From the NCBI RefSeq assembly GCF_006345805.1, contig NW_021834237.1:1-64000 (forward strand): DNA of 64,000 bases, given 5' to 3'. This document shows positions 39,326 to 51,118 of the stretch, in pieces (position 1 is the stretch's first letter; the number at the start of each line of letters is the position of its first letter). Both the position numbers and the translations under genes were made by a program. This DNA is from Octopus sinensis (lineage: Eukaryota). The notes beneath the pieces are model-generated. The model ran no database searches. It saw only the letters and a list, made by a program, of their open reading frames with translations, and was not told the DNA's origin.

Positions 39326-39949
39326 ATCAGGAATAAAAGTGAAGCATTGACAAAAACAACTAACAACGCGCGTGTGCATACAAGCATATATATATATATA
39401 TATATATACACGAGCAAAACGCCCCCCGTCCAATGGACGATGCTGAGTTGTCAAACATTTAAACCAAATTTTCTCAAAACAATTTGTCCGACCGTCCCAT
39501 AGGCCTCCCCTTTGGGAAACACTGATACACTGATTTAACCTAAATTTGAGGCACCAGCAAAAGAAGAAATAAAGATGGACTTTTTTCTATTCCAAAGAAA
39601 AACAATTTTATTCACACAAACATGCAACCGAAGAGTTTAAAGTACCAGTAATAATAAGGCTGTTGCCTGGGAGAACACAAACATGGTTTAAACAGTAAGC
39701 TTGGCAGGAAAGAAACGTGCCTTTAAGCTGTACAAAAACAACAAAAAATGGAAGGTGCAGTTATGTATAGGTTGACGGAAGAAAAGCAGGACAAAAACGA
39801 TGCATGCAAATCGGTTGCTGGAGGCAAGTCTAGATGGCAAAGCATAAGGATTTTTTTGCGCAAACTGCACGTACATACACACGTACACACATACACACAC
39901 ACACACACACACTTACACAGACACACACACACACACACACACACATTTA

Positions 39950-40112
39950 AGACGGGTTTCTTTTAGTTTCCGTCTACCAGATCTCTTCACAAGGTTTTGG
40001 TCGGCCCGAGGCTATAATAGAAGACACTTGCCCAAGGTGCCACGCAATAGAACTGAACCCAGAACCATATGGTTGGGAAGCATGCTTCTCACTACACAAC
40101 CACGCCTGCGCC
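39950..40112 (-). mobile_element. SINE A 5' half
   Basis: Reverse-complement head and middle. Confidence 0.75.
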
Positions 40113-40169
40113 TATATATATATATATATAATATATATATATATATACATATACATACATATACATACA

Positions 40170-40205
<36 letters not shown>

Positions 40206-40319
40206 TATATATAATATATATATATATTAGGGAATAAATCCAAACTTACAGGGAAAAATGAGATTTAGGATTAAATCCAATTTTATAGTAAAATATATTA
40301 TATTATATTATATTATATT

Positions 40320-40530
40320 CGCAATGGCCTAGTGGTTAGGGCAGCGGACTTGCGGTCGGAGGATCGCGGTTTCGATTCCCAGACCGGGCGTTGTGTGTGT
40401 TTATTGAGCGAAAACACCTAAAAGCTCCACGAGGCTCCGGCAGGAGGTGGTGATCCCTGCTGTACTCTTTCACCACTCTAAAAGGCGGTGCTCCAGCATG
40501 GCCGCAGTCAAATGACTGAAACAAGTACAA
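40320..40530 (+). mobile_element. SINE B 5' portion joined to a SINE A 3' tail
   Basis: B head runs to CTCTTTCACCAC (~40477), then AAAGGCGGTGCTCCAGCATGGCCGCAGTCAAATGACTGAAACAAG. Confidence 0.75.
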
Positions 40531-41232
40531 AAAAAAAAACACTATTAGGCAAATCAAACAGAGAAAACATAAGCCAATACATAAAATTAATTTAAAAATA
40601 TAAAAGTTAAAAATAAAAAAATTATTTAAATAATTTAAACTTATAAATTTTATATATATATACAAATATATATATGTATGTATGTATATTTTTATATTTA
40701 TATATTATTTTATTAATTAGTTAATTTATTAATTAATTAATTAATTAATTTATTTATTTTATATATCAAAAGTATTAAAAGTTTAATAAAAGATAAAGAG
40801 TAAACCACTACGATCTTTTCATGGCTGTACCAATTCGAATAACAATAATTTAAATTCAATTAATAATTCGAGTTATGGTTACAGTCAATCTTCACGTGAA
40901 TTGAAATATTTTAAAAATAATCAGAAATATTTAAACAATATTTTTAAGATATAAATAATATAATAATTTTACTTATAATAAACTCTATTATCAAACTAGA
41001 AACTTAAAACTTAATAATTATGATTATATCAAAATCAATTATAAAGTTAAATATTAATTTTAATTTATAAGGTAGGAAACCCACCAATAATTTAATATCG
41101 GTAATAGTCTATATCTAATTACATAAATATTTAAAAAAAACAAACTATTATATATAAATTATCAATGAAAATATATAAACTATAATAAATATTATAATTA
41201 AGATCTAAAATATCTCTATAATATATATATAT

Positions 41233-41274
<42 letters not shown>

Positions 41275-41297
41275 GATTCGTAGATATATATATATTA

Positions 41298-41619
41298 CTA
41301 GCAGTATCTCCCGGTGTTGCTTGGGTTTGTTTCGACCCTTTAGAATTGAAATTTTTTGAAGTAAAAATTTGGCATTATGCAACTTGTTATTCTCTTCAAC
41401 TGAACGTTTTTCCAGTTGAAATACGCCGAAAAATAGTGACACAGCAGTCAAAAATCCGTAAAAAATAGAGATTTTCATAGAAAAAAAGCACCTTTTAAGT
41501 GACCCATTTTTGGTGGTTCTACGATTTGTTGGCTAGGAGGAGATGTGCCGGGAAGTTAAACTCTCAGACACACACACAGATGCACACACAGACACACAAG
41601 TTGAGTTTTATATATAGAG
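41298..41619 (-). mobile_element. non-autonomous Helitron, second family (H2)
   Basis: Reverse complement starts TCTCTATATATAAAAC and ends CCCAAGCAACACCGGGAGATACTGCTAG; interior differs from H1. Confidence 0.75.
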
Positions 41620-41822
41620 ATTTATATGGGATTTAATTCATATTTAGTGACAATTATAGTTTTCCTTTTTTTGGTAAAACATTGTAAACTGCTGTCTATT
41701 TTAATTATGTGTGTGTGTGTATAAATATATTTTTATGTCTATTTCTCTCTATATATATATACACATACACCCACACATATACATATGCATACATGTATTC
41801 AAGAATACACACATATATATAT

Positions 41823-41891
<69 letters not shown>

Positions 41892-41924
41892 ATATATATA
41901 TCTATATAGATATATATATATATA

Positions 41925-42269
41925 TATATATATAAAAGTGAAGTTGTGGGAGTGTCTGTCTCCTACGATTTAGATTCCTAACTACTCCCACATTTTGCGG
42001 TGCAGTTTAACCAAAACCGGGTATCTTATAGTCGTGATTCATATCGAGCCCTTCTGGGTGTTAGCGCGCGTCTACGATGAGTCTACGACTTATTGCCATC
42101 ATTTTTTTCTAAAAATGTCTACGATGAGTCTACGAATTAAAAAAAATGACCATTACTTTTTCCATTTTTAATGCATTTTTTTGCTATTCTATAAGGGAAG
42201 TAACTCTCTAAAAATGCTTATATAGTTATTTCCCTTACAAAGCCGAGCAACGCCGGGCGACACTGCTAG
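41925..42269 (+). mobile_element. non-autonomous Helitron H1
   Basis: Starts in (TA)n; ends CCGAGCAACGCCGGGCGACACTGCTAG|T. Confidence 0.9.
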
Positions 42270-42322
42270 TATATATATATATATAGACGTAGTCTGATCA
42301 ATAAGTATCCGGACTGTTGACA

Positions 42323-42774
42323 TAGCTTAAGGCGATGGCCTCATGGAGCTAATCAGCGACAGCTTTAGTCTTATATCTATAAGACTGCCCTATTAATATG
42401 GTGATAACTATTAATTTCCAGTAACGCTGCCGTAATCTCTTTTAGAGAGACTTAGTAATTTCAATATTTCTATTATTGAAAACAAGTGGATGTATTCCAC
42501 CGAAACTAGGTAAATAAAGCCTTCGAACAGAGACGATCAGTAGCGACACCTGCAAGTCTGACTACGCTGCATTGATAAGGGGCAAAAACCCTGAAACGTC
42601 GTCTGTAGCTGTCTGACTGGCAAGGTGAAGCGGCTGACCTCCCTTGTTCGAAGGTTATAATGGACGCAGTTTGTGTGTGAAATAGCTAGCTTAAGGCGAT
42701 GGCCTCATGGAGCTAATCAGCGACAGCTTTAGTCTTATATCTATAAGACTGCCATATTAATATGGCGATAACTA

Positions 42775-42780
<6 letters not shown>
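42323..42780 (+). mobile_element. 364-bp-period unit with 94-bp direct repeats containing a hammerhead motif (retrozyme- or PLE-pLTR-like)
   Basis: 42323-42416 repeats at 42687-42780 (2 mismatches); the hammerhead motif lies between them. Confidence 0.65.
42566..42609 (+). ncRNA. minimal type I hammerhead ribozyme (U3:A8 variant, GUC cleavage triplet)
   Basis: Stem I GCUGCA/UGUAGC, core UUGAUAA, stem II GGGG-CAAAAA-CCCU, GAAA, stem III AC-GUC-GU, C17 at 42603. Confidence 0.7.
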
Positions 42781-42807
<27 letters not shown>

Positions 42808-43589
42808 ACAAAGTGGAGTTGTGGGGTACCGCACGAGTGGAATTATATACGAAAGAAGGTTTGAAAATGCAATTTAAAAGATGTTTATTCACTTTACCGG
42901 TTTCACTCTTTGGAAAAAGATTGTCAAAAGTAACATGTGGAAGTTTGTTTGCGTTAATTATTGGTTGTTGCAAATTGCTACATTACACATATATATACAG
43001 TCTTTGGTAACAGGGACATGTTAAGGACATAAAAAAAGTTCAACAAGTTCCTTAAAATATTGGGCAAAAAAGATTACATAAATAATCGTTCTCAAGGACA
43101 TACTTAAGATAGTTTCCAGAAGGAATTGATATTGGTACTGTATCTGTATATTCAAACATGCACAGAATATTGTTTGACACAGAGTACTATAATCCATATA
43201 AATATACAGTCTTTGGTGACAACAGTATGTTGAGAATATAAAAAAGTTTAACAAGCTCATTGAAAAAATGGGCAAAAAAGATTAAAACAAATATATTATA
43301 CATCTCAGGGTAATTTCCAGGAGTAATTATTAAAAAAAGTTCAGTATACACATACAGAATATTATGAGTTCAAAAAGATTTACATTATTGTAGTGGTGAA
43401 GTTGTCACTAACCTGTCCGTTTTAGCAGAAATGTGGAATTGAAAAGAATGTACCCTTTTTTTTCTTTTTTTGGCTCTCCTTCAAGCATCAATGATTTTGG
43501 GGTTAGGATGAGGTGAGTATGTGTGTCTCTGTGTGTATGTGTGTGTGCATACATATACATGTGGTGTGAATAGATATATATATACGCTA

Positions 43590-43890
43590 GAGTTGAACCT
43601 AGGGACAGCTGATGAAGGGGATTTTTCCTTGTGTAGTTTGTCTTGTACTCTGTTTTTCTGTTGTAAAAAAATTGGTTTGTTCCATGCTTGTTTTTCCGTT
43701 TTCGTTTCTCATTGAGTTCTACGTCTAGTTGTGGTATCCTGTACTCATGTATATATATTTTTATATGCATGTATATATACATGTACATATATGTTTGTAT
43801 GTATGCATATATTTTATTTATTACACTATTGTTTGACAGCGCCCTCGCGTCGATTCGATTCGATTCGTTCGTTTCGTTCCGTTCTTATTC
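43590..43890 (+). mobile_element. family P2 repeat
   Basis: Homologous to 25790-26000, 55186-55530 and 62100-62400. Confidence 0.6.
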
Positions 43891-43899
43891 TCCAAGTAC

Positions 43900-43978
<79 letters not shown>

Positions 43979-43999
43979 CATTTAGTAGTTTGGAAATGG

Positions 44000-44718
44000 A
44001 AATCAGACGAAATGTTCATGACGCGAATGGTTTTGACTATAGGTCAGCTATGTCAAGGAAGATTTGCTGTTAAACAACATTATCAAAATTAACAACTGTA
44101 AGAATTATTGATGGCAGTCAAAATTATTGATGGATTGTTATCCAACTTTCAAGCAATCATTTTCTCCGCGGTTCAGACGATATACTTTGCGGTTCTTTTA
44201 TATTTAAAGCTTATGAACTGTTAGTTTCGACTTCGTCTTTTACCTTTCCCTAGTAAACGTTAACAAAGGGGATCTACTACGAGCAGCTTGAGAGTTTAAG
44301 TCAGCGCTAGAAGAAAAAGGATCATCTTTGGTTTCAAAATGAAAGGTGTTCTTCCATCAAGATAATGCTCGTCTACATACAGCGAGGACTACATTCCAAA
44401 GGCTGGAGCGATGCCCCCCCCCCCCCACCATATTTGCTGGATGTTGCCCCATCGAATTATCATTTTATCCGCCGTCTACAAAATCATTTGGACGGAAAAA
44501 TATGAATTCTGTAGACGAGGTCAGAACAGTACTGGAGGAGAATTTTTCATCACGGACAAGTGAATTTTGGAAGAGGGGCTTTGCAAGTCTACCAGATAGA
44601 TGGAAGAGCATTGTAGAAAATGAAGGAGAGTATATTTTAGATTAAAAAGGAACTTTGTTTATTTTAACTTTGAAAAATAAAAGTATAAAAACCGCATTAT
44701 TTATGGGATGGCTCAATA
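44000..44718 (+). mobile_element. mariner (DD34D-type) transposon 3' relic with right TIR
   Basis: FFHQDNARLHTA, DVAPSNYH and LPDRWKSIVENEGEY; ends AAAACCGCATTATTTATGGGATGGCTCAATA. Confidence 0.8.
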
Positions 44719-44875
44719 CAATCCAGAGAGGGGGGAAGACAAAGGGAGATAGAGAGAGAGAGAGAGAAGGAGATGGTGCGGGAAAGAGAAAGAGAGAGAG
44801 AGAGGAGAGAGGAGATAGATAGAGAGAGAGAGAGAGAAGGAGAGAGGAGATAGATAGATAGAAAGATAGATAGAT

Positions 44876-44970
<95 letters not shown>

Positions 44971-45302
44971 AAGTGAGAGAAAGTGAGAGAAAGCGAGCCG
45001 AAGACTGGACTAATACTCTATCGATTCTGAAAGAATGAAAGCCTGATGGCTCATCGATTTGGCCGATTCGATTTGGTCTTACGTAATATGGTAATTGGAG
45101 AAACAGTTGGGCATTCATTTAATTATCGCTTATATTTTATTGTTATTACGGCAAAAACTTCCATTGTCCCAGGGTCGATAAAATAAAGTGTCAGTCCAGT
45201 TCCTGGGCTGATATATTCTACTTTTCTTTTTCCTCATATTCGTGTGTTTTCTTTTTCAATTTTAGAAATCATTATGGACTCAAAAAATTATTAGTCATTA
45301 GT

Positions 45303-45722
45303 GGCGCCGGAGTGGCTGTGTGGTAAGTAGCTTGCTAACCAGCCACATGGTTTCGGGTTCAGTCCCACTGCGTGGCATCTTGGGCAAGTGTCTTCTGCTA
45401 TAGCCCCGGGCCGACCAATGCCGTGTGAGTGGATTTGGTAGACGGAAACTGAAAGAAGCCTGTCGTATATATGTATATATGTATATATGTGTGTGTATGT
45501 GTGTTTGTGTGTCTGTGTTTGCCCCCCTAGCATTGCTTGACAACCGATGCTGGTGTGTTTACGTCCCCGTCACTTAGCGGTTCGGCAAAAGAGACCGATA
45601 GAATAAGTACTGGGCTTACAAAGAATAAGTCCCGGGGTCTATTTGCTCGATTAAAGGCGGTGCTCCAGCATGGCCGCAGTCAAATGACTGAAACAAGTAA
45701 AAGAGTAAAAGAGTAAAAGAGA
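45303..45722 (+). mobile_element. SINE family A, full length
   Basis: Complete head, middle and (GAGTAAAA)n tail. Confidence 0.9.
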
Positions 45723-46423
45723 ATGCTCCTAAAGTTACAGGAGAAAAAGCGTTAGTAGGAACTTTGTAATGCTTAATAAGCGGCTTTGTGGTATTTAGCT
45801 ACATCTTTTTGCATTGTCCCAATTTCGGTACTTATTTCATCTACCCCGACACGATGCGAGGTATAGTCGACCTTGAAGAATTTGCAATCAGGACGTAAAG
45901 ACGAACGAAATACTGCTAAGCATTTCGTCCGGTGTGCTAACGGGACTGCCAGCTCGCCGGCTCCCCAATACCAATAATAATGGGAACATTGAATCAACCA
46001 ACTTCACGTTTCCCATAAATTTGTAGCCTTGTAAATTGTGTAACATTAAGGAGCAGTGGAGAGACTAGCGGATACTGCATCATTGCTTTTAACTTCGTGC
46101 ATTCAATTTTTATTTCAAATTCCGTTGGGTTTGATCTTGAAGGTTTTTCTTGTATCAAATAAGTACCAATTATAACCTGAGCTCATGTCAATCGTTTACA
46201 ACGATTTTCCTATTAACATCTGACTTTCTGTTAATAATGTAAAATTATTATTATTATTATTTGGCTTCGCGAAATTATTATTATTTGACTTCGCAAACCG
46301 TAAAATGTAAGAAATACTTTTAAACTAATGGCCGCGGACAACAACCATGCGTAAAGTAAGACCAGAAAAAATGTCCCTTAAGAGACAGTAAAAGAAAAAA
46401 AGATGAAACCACACAGCGAGTTT

Positions 46424-46540
46424 TCTTCTTCTTCTTCTTCTTCTTCTTCTTCTTCTTCTTCTTCTTCTTCTTCTTCTTCTTCTTCTTCTTCTTCTTCTTC
46501 TTCTTCTTCTCTTCTTCTTCTTCTTCTTCTTCTTCTTCTC
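46424..46540. repeat. (TTC)n microsatellite
   Basis: Read directly from the sequence. Confidence 0.95.
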
Positions 46541-47502
46541 CATCCTCCTACTTCTCCATCCTCCTACTTCTCCCTTTTTATATTTTTTATGTCATTTGCT
46601 TCATTTAATCTTTGTTCCCCTCCAGATACCATCGGAGTGCTACCACCCACCATAACCACCAACAGAAGTGTTGTTATCTCTGTCTCTGAATCTGCATTTA
46701 ACTTTTTAATTCTTTCTTTTACATTGAATCCTCTCCGCCTCACTCTCCACCACTAATCTTACCTTTTATCTAGTCAGCCCTTCCTCAGCTCACTGTCTCT
46801 TTCTTATGGTTTCTATATTACCCCTCTCATCTATTATCTCTACGTCTTTCCATCTTTTCTCTTGCTTACCCTCCCTCCCTCCTTCCCTCTCCTACTCTTT
46901 CTTTCTCTCTCTTATACATTTAGAATCTCCTCAGTAAATGCTTTTTTTCCATTTCACAATATTTCCCACTCACAACCCCTATATCCCTTCTCACTACTCT
47001 TTTAGTCCCAACGTAAATGTGGGATCCTCAGAAGTCGCACGACCTTGTAGGAATAGTAGCCAAATTACTTTTAGATAACAGTCTGTGCCTCTTTAAAAAG
47101 AAGGACAAATTGGAATCTGAGAAATACAGCATCTGAATCAAACAACCCACTTAGCAAAAATAAAAGACATTCTAGCCATGACCATCCTGGTTTTATGCTT
47201 GCTTTTTCTGTTTGTTTGTTTTTTGCTAACAGAAAAAGCAAGCATAAAACCAGGATGGTCATGGCTAGAATGCCTTTCCTCAAAAGAACTGAACAAATAA
47301 ATCCATTCATTCATTTATTTGCTCTCCTATTAATGTACTCATCTTACTCTTTTTTCTTCTACTCTTCTGAATTCCTCATTTCTGTTTCCTTGCTCATTTG
47401 ACGGTTTACACAACTTTTAAAAAACAATTTTCCAATCCCTCTTTTACGGCTTTAAAAAAAAATATATATTTCCTGATTCTTCCACCCTCTTTCCAACCAA
47501 AT

Positions 47503-47896
47503 GGATGGATGGATGGAAGCACTCCGTCGGTTACGACGATGAGGGTTCCGGTTGATCCGAATCAACGGAACAGCCTGCTCGTGAAATTAACGTGTAAGTG
47601 GCTGAGCACTCCACAGACACGTGTGCCCTTAACGTAGTTCTCGGGGACATTCAGCGTGACACAAAGAGTGACAAGGCCGGCCCTTTGAAATACAGGTACA
47701 ACAGAAACAGGAAGTATGAGTGAAAGAAAGTTGTGGTGAAAGAGTACAGCAGGGATCACCACCATCCCCTGCCGGAGCCTCGTGGAGCTTTAGGTGTTTT
47801 CACTCAATAAACACTCACAACGCCCGGTCTGGGGATCGAAACCGCGATCCTATGACCGCGAGTCCGCTGCCCTAACCACTAGGCCATTGCGCCTCC
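47503..47896 (-). mobile_element. SINE family B, full length, (ATCC)n tail, TSD AACCAAAT
   Basis: TSD at 47495-47502 and 47897-47904. Confidence 0.9.
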
Positions 47897-48373
47897 AACC
47901 AAATAACTTTCATTAAATGGCCTGATGTATACATTTCATCATCCTTCATATCTTCTCCTGTATCTGCGAGTTAGAAAGTGCAGTACGGCTATAGTGTCCT
48001 AGATAAGAAATGATTATGCCCTATGCAATCGCCATATGGGCATTTGAAGCTATTTACATAATTTGCAATATTCCTAAGAATCCAAACGTTTGTACTCTGT
48101 GTATAGCATAAAAATAAACATAATAATTGGGAAGCTTCCTAAAACATGATAATTTATAATCAATGAATCAAAATAGAATACAGAATTTTATATCGATATT
48201 TCTTTCAAACAAAAAACAGACACATCAGGGAAGTGAAGCTTGTATGATTTGGCAAGATCTGTATGATAAGATGATATCAAATGTGAGAAGCTTTATCAAA
48301 CAAATGAAGGTTCACCAAGGTTCACATTTAATTGGTTAAAACTTGACTAATGATGGATATAGTACAACTCTTA

Positions 48374-48743
48374 GTGGAGGCGCAATGGCCCAGTGGTTAG
48401 GGCAGCGGACTCGCGGTCGTAGGATCGCGGTTTCGATTCCCAAACCGGGCGTTGTGAGTGTTTATTGAGCGAAAACACCTAAAGCTCCACAAGGCTCCGG
48501 CAGGGATGGTGGTGATCCCTGCTGTACTCTTTCACCACAACTTTCTCTCACTCTTACTTCCTTTTTCTGTTGTACCTGTATTTCAAAGGGGCCGGCCTTG
48601 TCACTCTCTGTGTCACGCTGAATATCCCCGAGAACTACGTTAAGGGTACACGTGTCTGTGGAGTGCTCATCCACTTACACGTTAAATTCACGAGCAGGCT
48701 GTTCCGTTGATCGGATCAACCGGAACCCTCGTCGTCATAACCG
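48374..48743 (+). mobile_element. SINE family B, near full length
   Basis: GTGGAGGCGCAATGGCCCAGTGG head; tail ends at GTCATAACCG. Confidence 0.9.
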
Positions 48744-49619
48744 TACAACTCACCATTTGTACAGTAACTGAAAGTTAAAGTGAAACTAATTGGAATATAG
48801 ATATGTGCCTTGGATCTCTGTACCTAGATCAATATAGTTCTCAATGACGGAATGTCTTTAAAAGATTAAATAGATTTTTGGAAAATATATTTTGGAGCAT
48901 ATTGAACTGTCAGATTTTAAACAGATTAAAAAAACAAAAAAACTAATGATCTGACGTCTCTTCGATATTAAGGGTAAAAAAAATCATAAAAAACATTGTT
49001 CTGTAAACTTTACCGACAGACTTGGGGATAATATCAGTCAACACTAATGCTACTTCTTGCTTTCAACATCGATACCCCATTTTGTTATGTCAGCAGTCCA
49101 ATTTTAATTACAGTCTCTCACTGAGGTTCAAATTAATTTCGTGATGTCCTCTAGTTCACCTCTCAACTTGAGTAACATAAAAAAAAAAGAGACGACTGTG
49201 ATCGCAGAGCGTTATAAGAGATGACTGATTAACTTACCTTCACAATATTAATCATTAACATAACGTTTTTATGATTATCACACACGGAATACGATTGAAA
49301 CTATGTGATTAGTCAACTTTAATAATCATGTGGGAAAGAGAAAGAGAAAGTCAAAGAGAAAGAGAAATAAAGATCGATGAACACTGAAATATCACAACAG
49401 GAAAATGTAAATCCAATGGAGTCAGTTCAGAATTCTAGCAGATAATTTATTGTATCTCAATGCCATTCTTCTTGACTTAAGCACCAGTAACATTACATAC
49501 ACGGGGACTCATTAAGTTAAGTCCGGGGCCGCTTCCATTTCTAACTTCTCTAAACATCTTAGCTCTTGAAAAAACATGAACGACTCTTTCTCCATTGGAA
49601 GCTGTAGATTTTTCTTTTT

Positions 49620-49858
49620 ATCTTTTTTATCTTTTACTGGTTTCAGTCATTAGACTGGGCCATACTGGAGCAGCGCCTTGAATCTTTAGTTGAATGAAAC
49701 GACCCCAGTACTTATTTTTCATGCTTCGTACTTATTCTATCGGTTTCTTTTGTCGAACCACAAAGTTACAGGGACGCAAACACACAAACACTGGTTGTCA
49801 GTGGTCGTGGAGGGACAAACGCTGACACGGAGATTCACATGCATATATATATATATAT

Positions 49859-49919
<61 letters not shown>

Positions 49920-50110
49920 CATACATACATACATACATACATACATACATACATACGACATGCTGTTTTCAGTTTCCGTCTACCAAATCCACTCACAAGG
50001 CTTTGGTCAGTCCGAAGCTATAGCAGAAGACACTTGCCCAAGGTGCCACGCAGTAGGACTGAACCCGGAACCATGTGGTTTGGAAGCTAGTTTCTTATCA
50101 CACACAGCCA
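49620..50110 (-). mobile_element. older SINE family A
   Basis: Diverged reverse-complement match with an expanded internal microsatellite. Confidence 0.75.
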
Positions 50111-51118
50111 ACGGTTTCTACTAGAATTCACCGAGAAATAGTTTATATACTGAAGCAACGCTGCTAGCAATTGTACTGATGTCTGTCGTATACACCATAA
50201 TTAGAATGATACTAAACATGTGCTATTTTGGGAAGATGTACACTTTTTTAAACATTCAGTACCAGGCCGCAATATGTAGATTACTATAAAGTATATATGT
50301 ATATATATAAGCTAAACTACCTGTGACCCGTTGGGTCACCGGGAAACTCTGAGTTTCCCAGCAACAGAGTTTTGTTTCGTGGGTTGGAAAGATCTGGCTG
50401 CTATTTTTTGCACGCCCTGCTACCACGTAACAGGAATTTCGGGCCCTTTATCGCAAATAGCTGTTACATTGTAGCAGGGCGTGCTAGAAATAGCAGCTAA
50501 ATCTTTGGAGGGGAGATACGTTGAATGCACTAAAAAAAAACTATTTCACACTGAGGTTACGTAATATCTACCGTATCTTAAAAGTTATTTTCACTTTAGA
50601 ATATTTTTAAATATGCCAAAAGAATTCTTTGTAATGATATTCACTTGAAAATAGTAAAAAAAAAACAACATAAAAATATTGTCTGTTTAAAGAAAGCTAA
50701 AATATAAATACTTACTGTACAAACAACTTACATTTTTGAAATAACATTCACTTTAAAATATTTCTAAATGATTAAAATATTGTGTTTAGCAAAAGCGACA
50801 ATAGAAATTGTAAAAAAAAAAAAAAAAAAAAAAAAATCGTTTTGTTTTCGTTGTCAACTCACTGTCTAGTAGAAAGATAAGAGTTTCTTCCGTTTCAGAA
50901 TGAAGATTATTTTCGGAACATTTTCCGATTATGCACCATTTTGGGTATTTATAATCTGAAAATTTCTAATATCTTGAAAACTACTTTACCGATTCACGCG
51001 AAACTTGTTTCATTCGATTCGTATTAATATTCAGGGTAAACTTAATTCTGGTATTTCCCTATTACGTGCCAGTTTCGCTGAGTAACATTACAAGCAAGAA
51101 AGCAAGATTGAAACTGAC

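Noticed and set aside
40540-41250. Extremely AT-rich stretch resembling a mitochondrial insertion (NUMT)
   Set aside because: No mitochondrial gene or tRNA could be recognised by eye; it may be noisy consensus. BLAST against the mitogenome would decide.
5975-45543. Recurring short ORFs such as MSSNARGTNTD.., ..[22 protein letters not shown] and MFIERKHL..
   Set aside because: They recur because they are frames through SINE A and B copies; they have no coding signature.
48374-48450. tRNA-Arg-like and other tRNA-like sequences at SINE heads
   Set aside because: A/B boxes are present but there is no proper acceptor stem or cloverleaf, and they run into SINE bodies; not tRNA genes.
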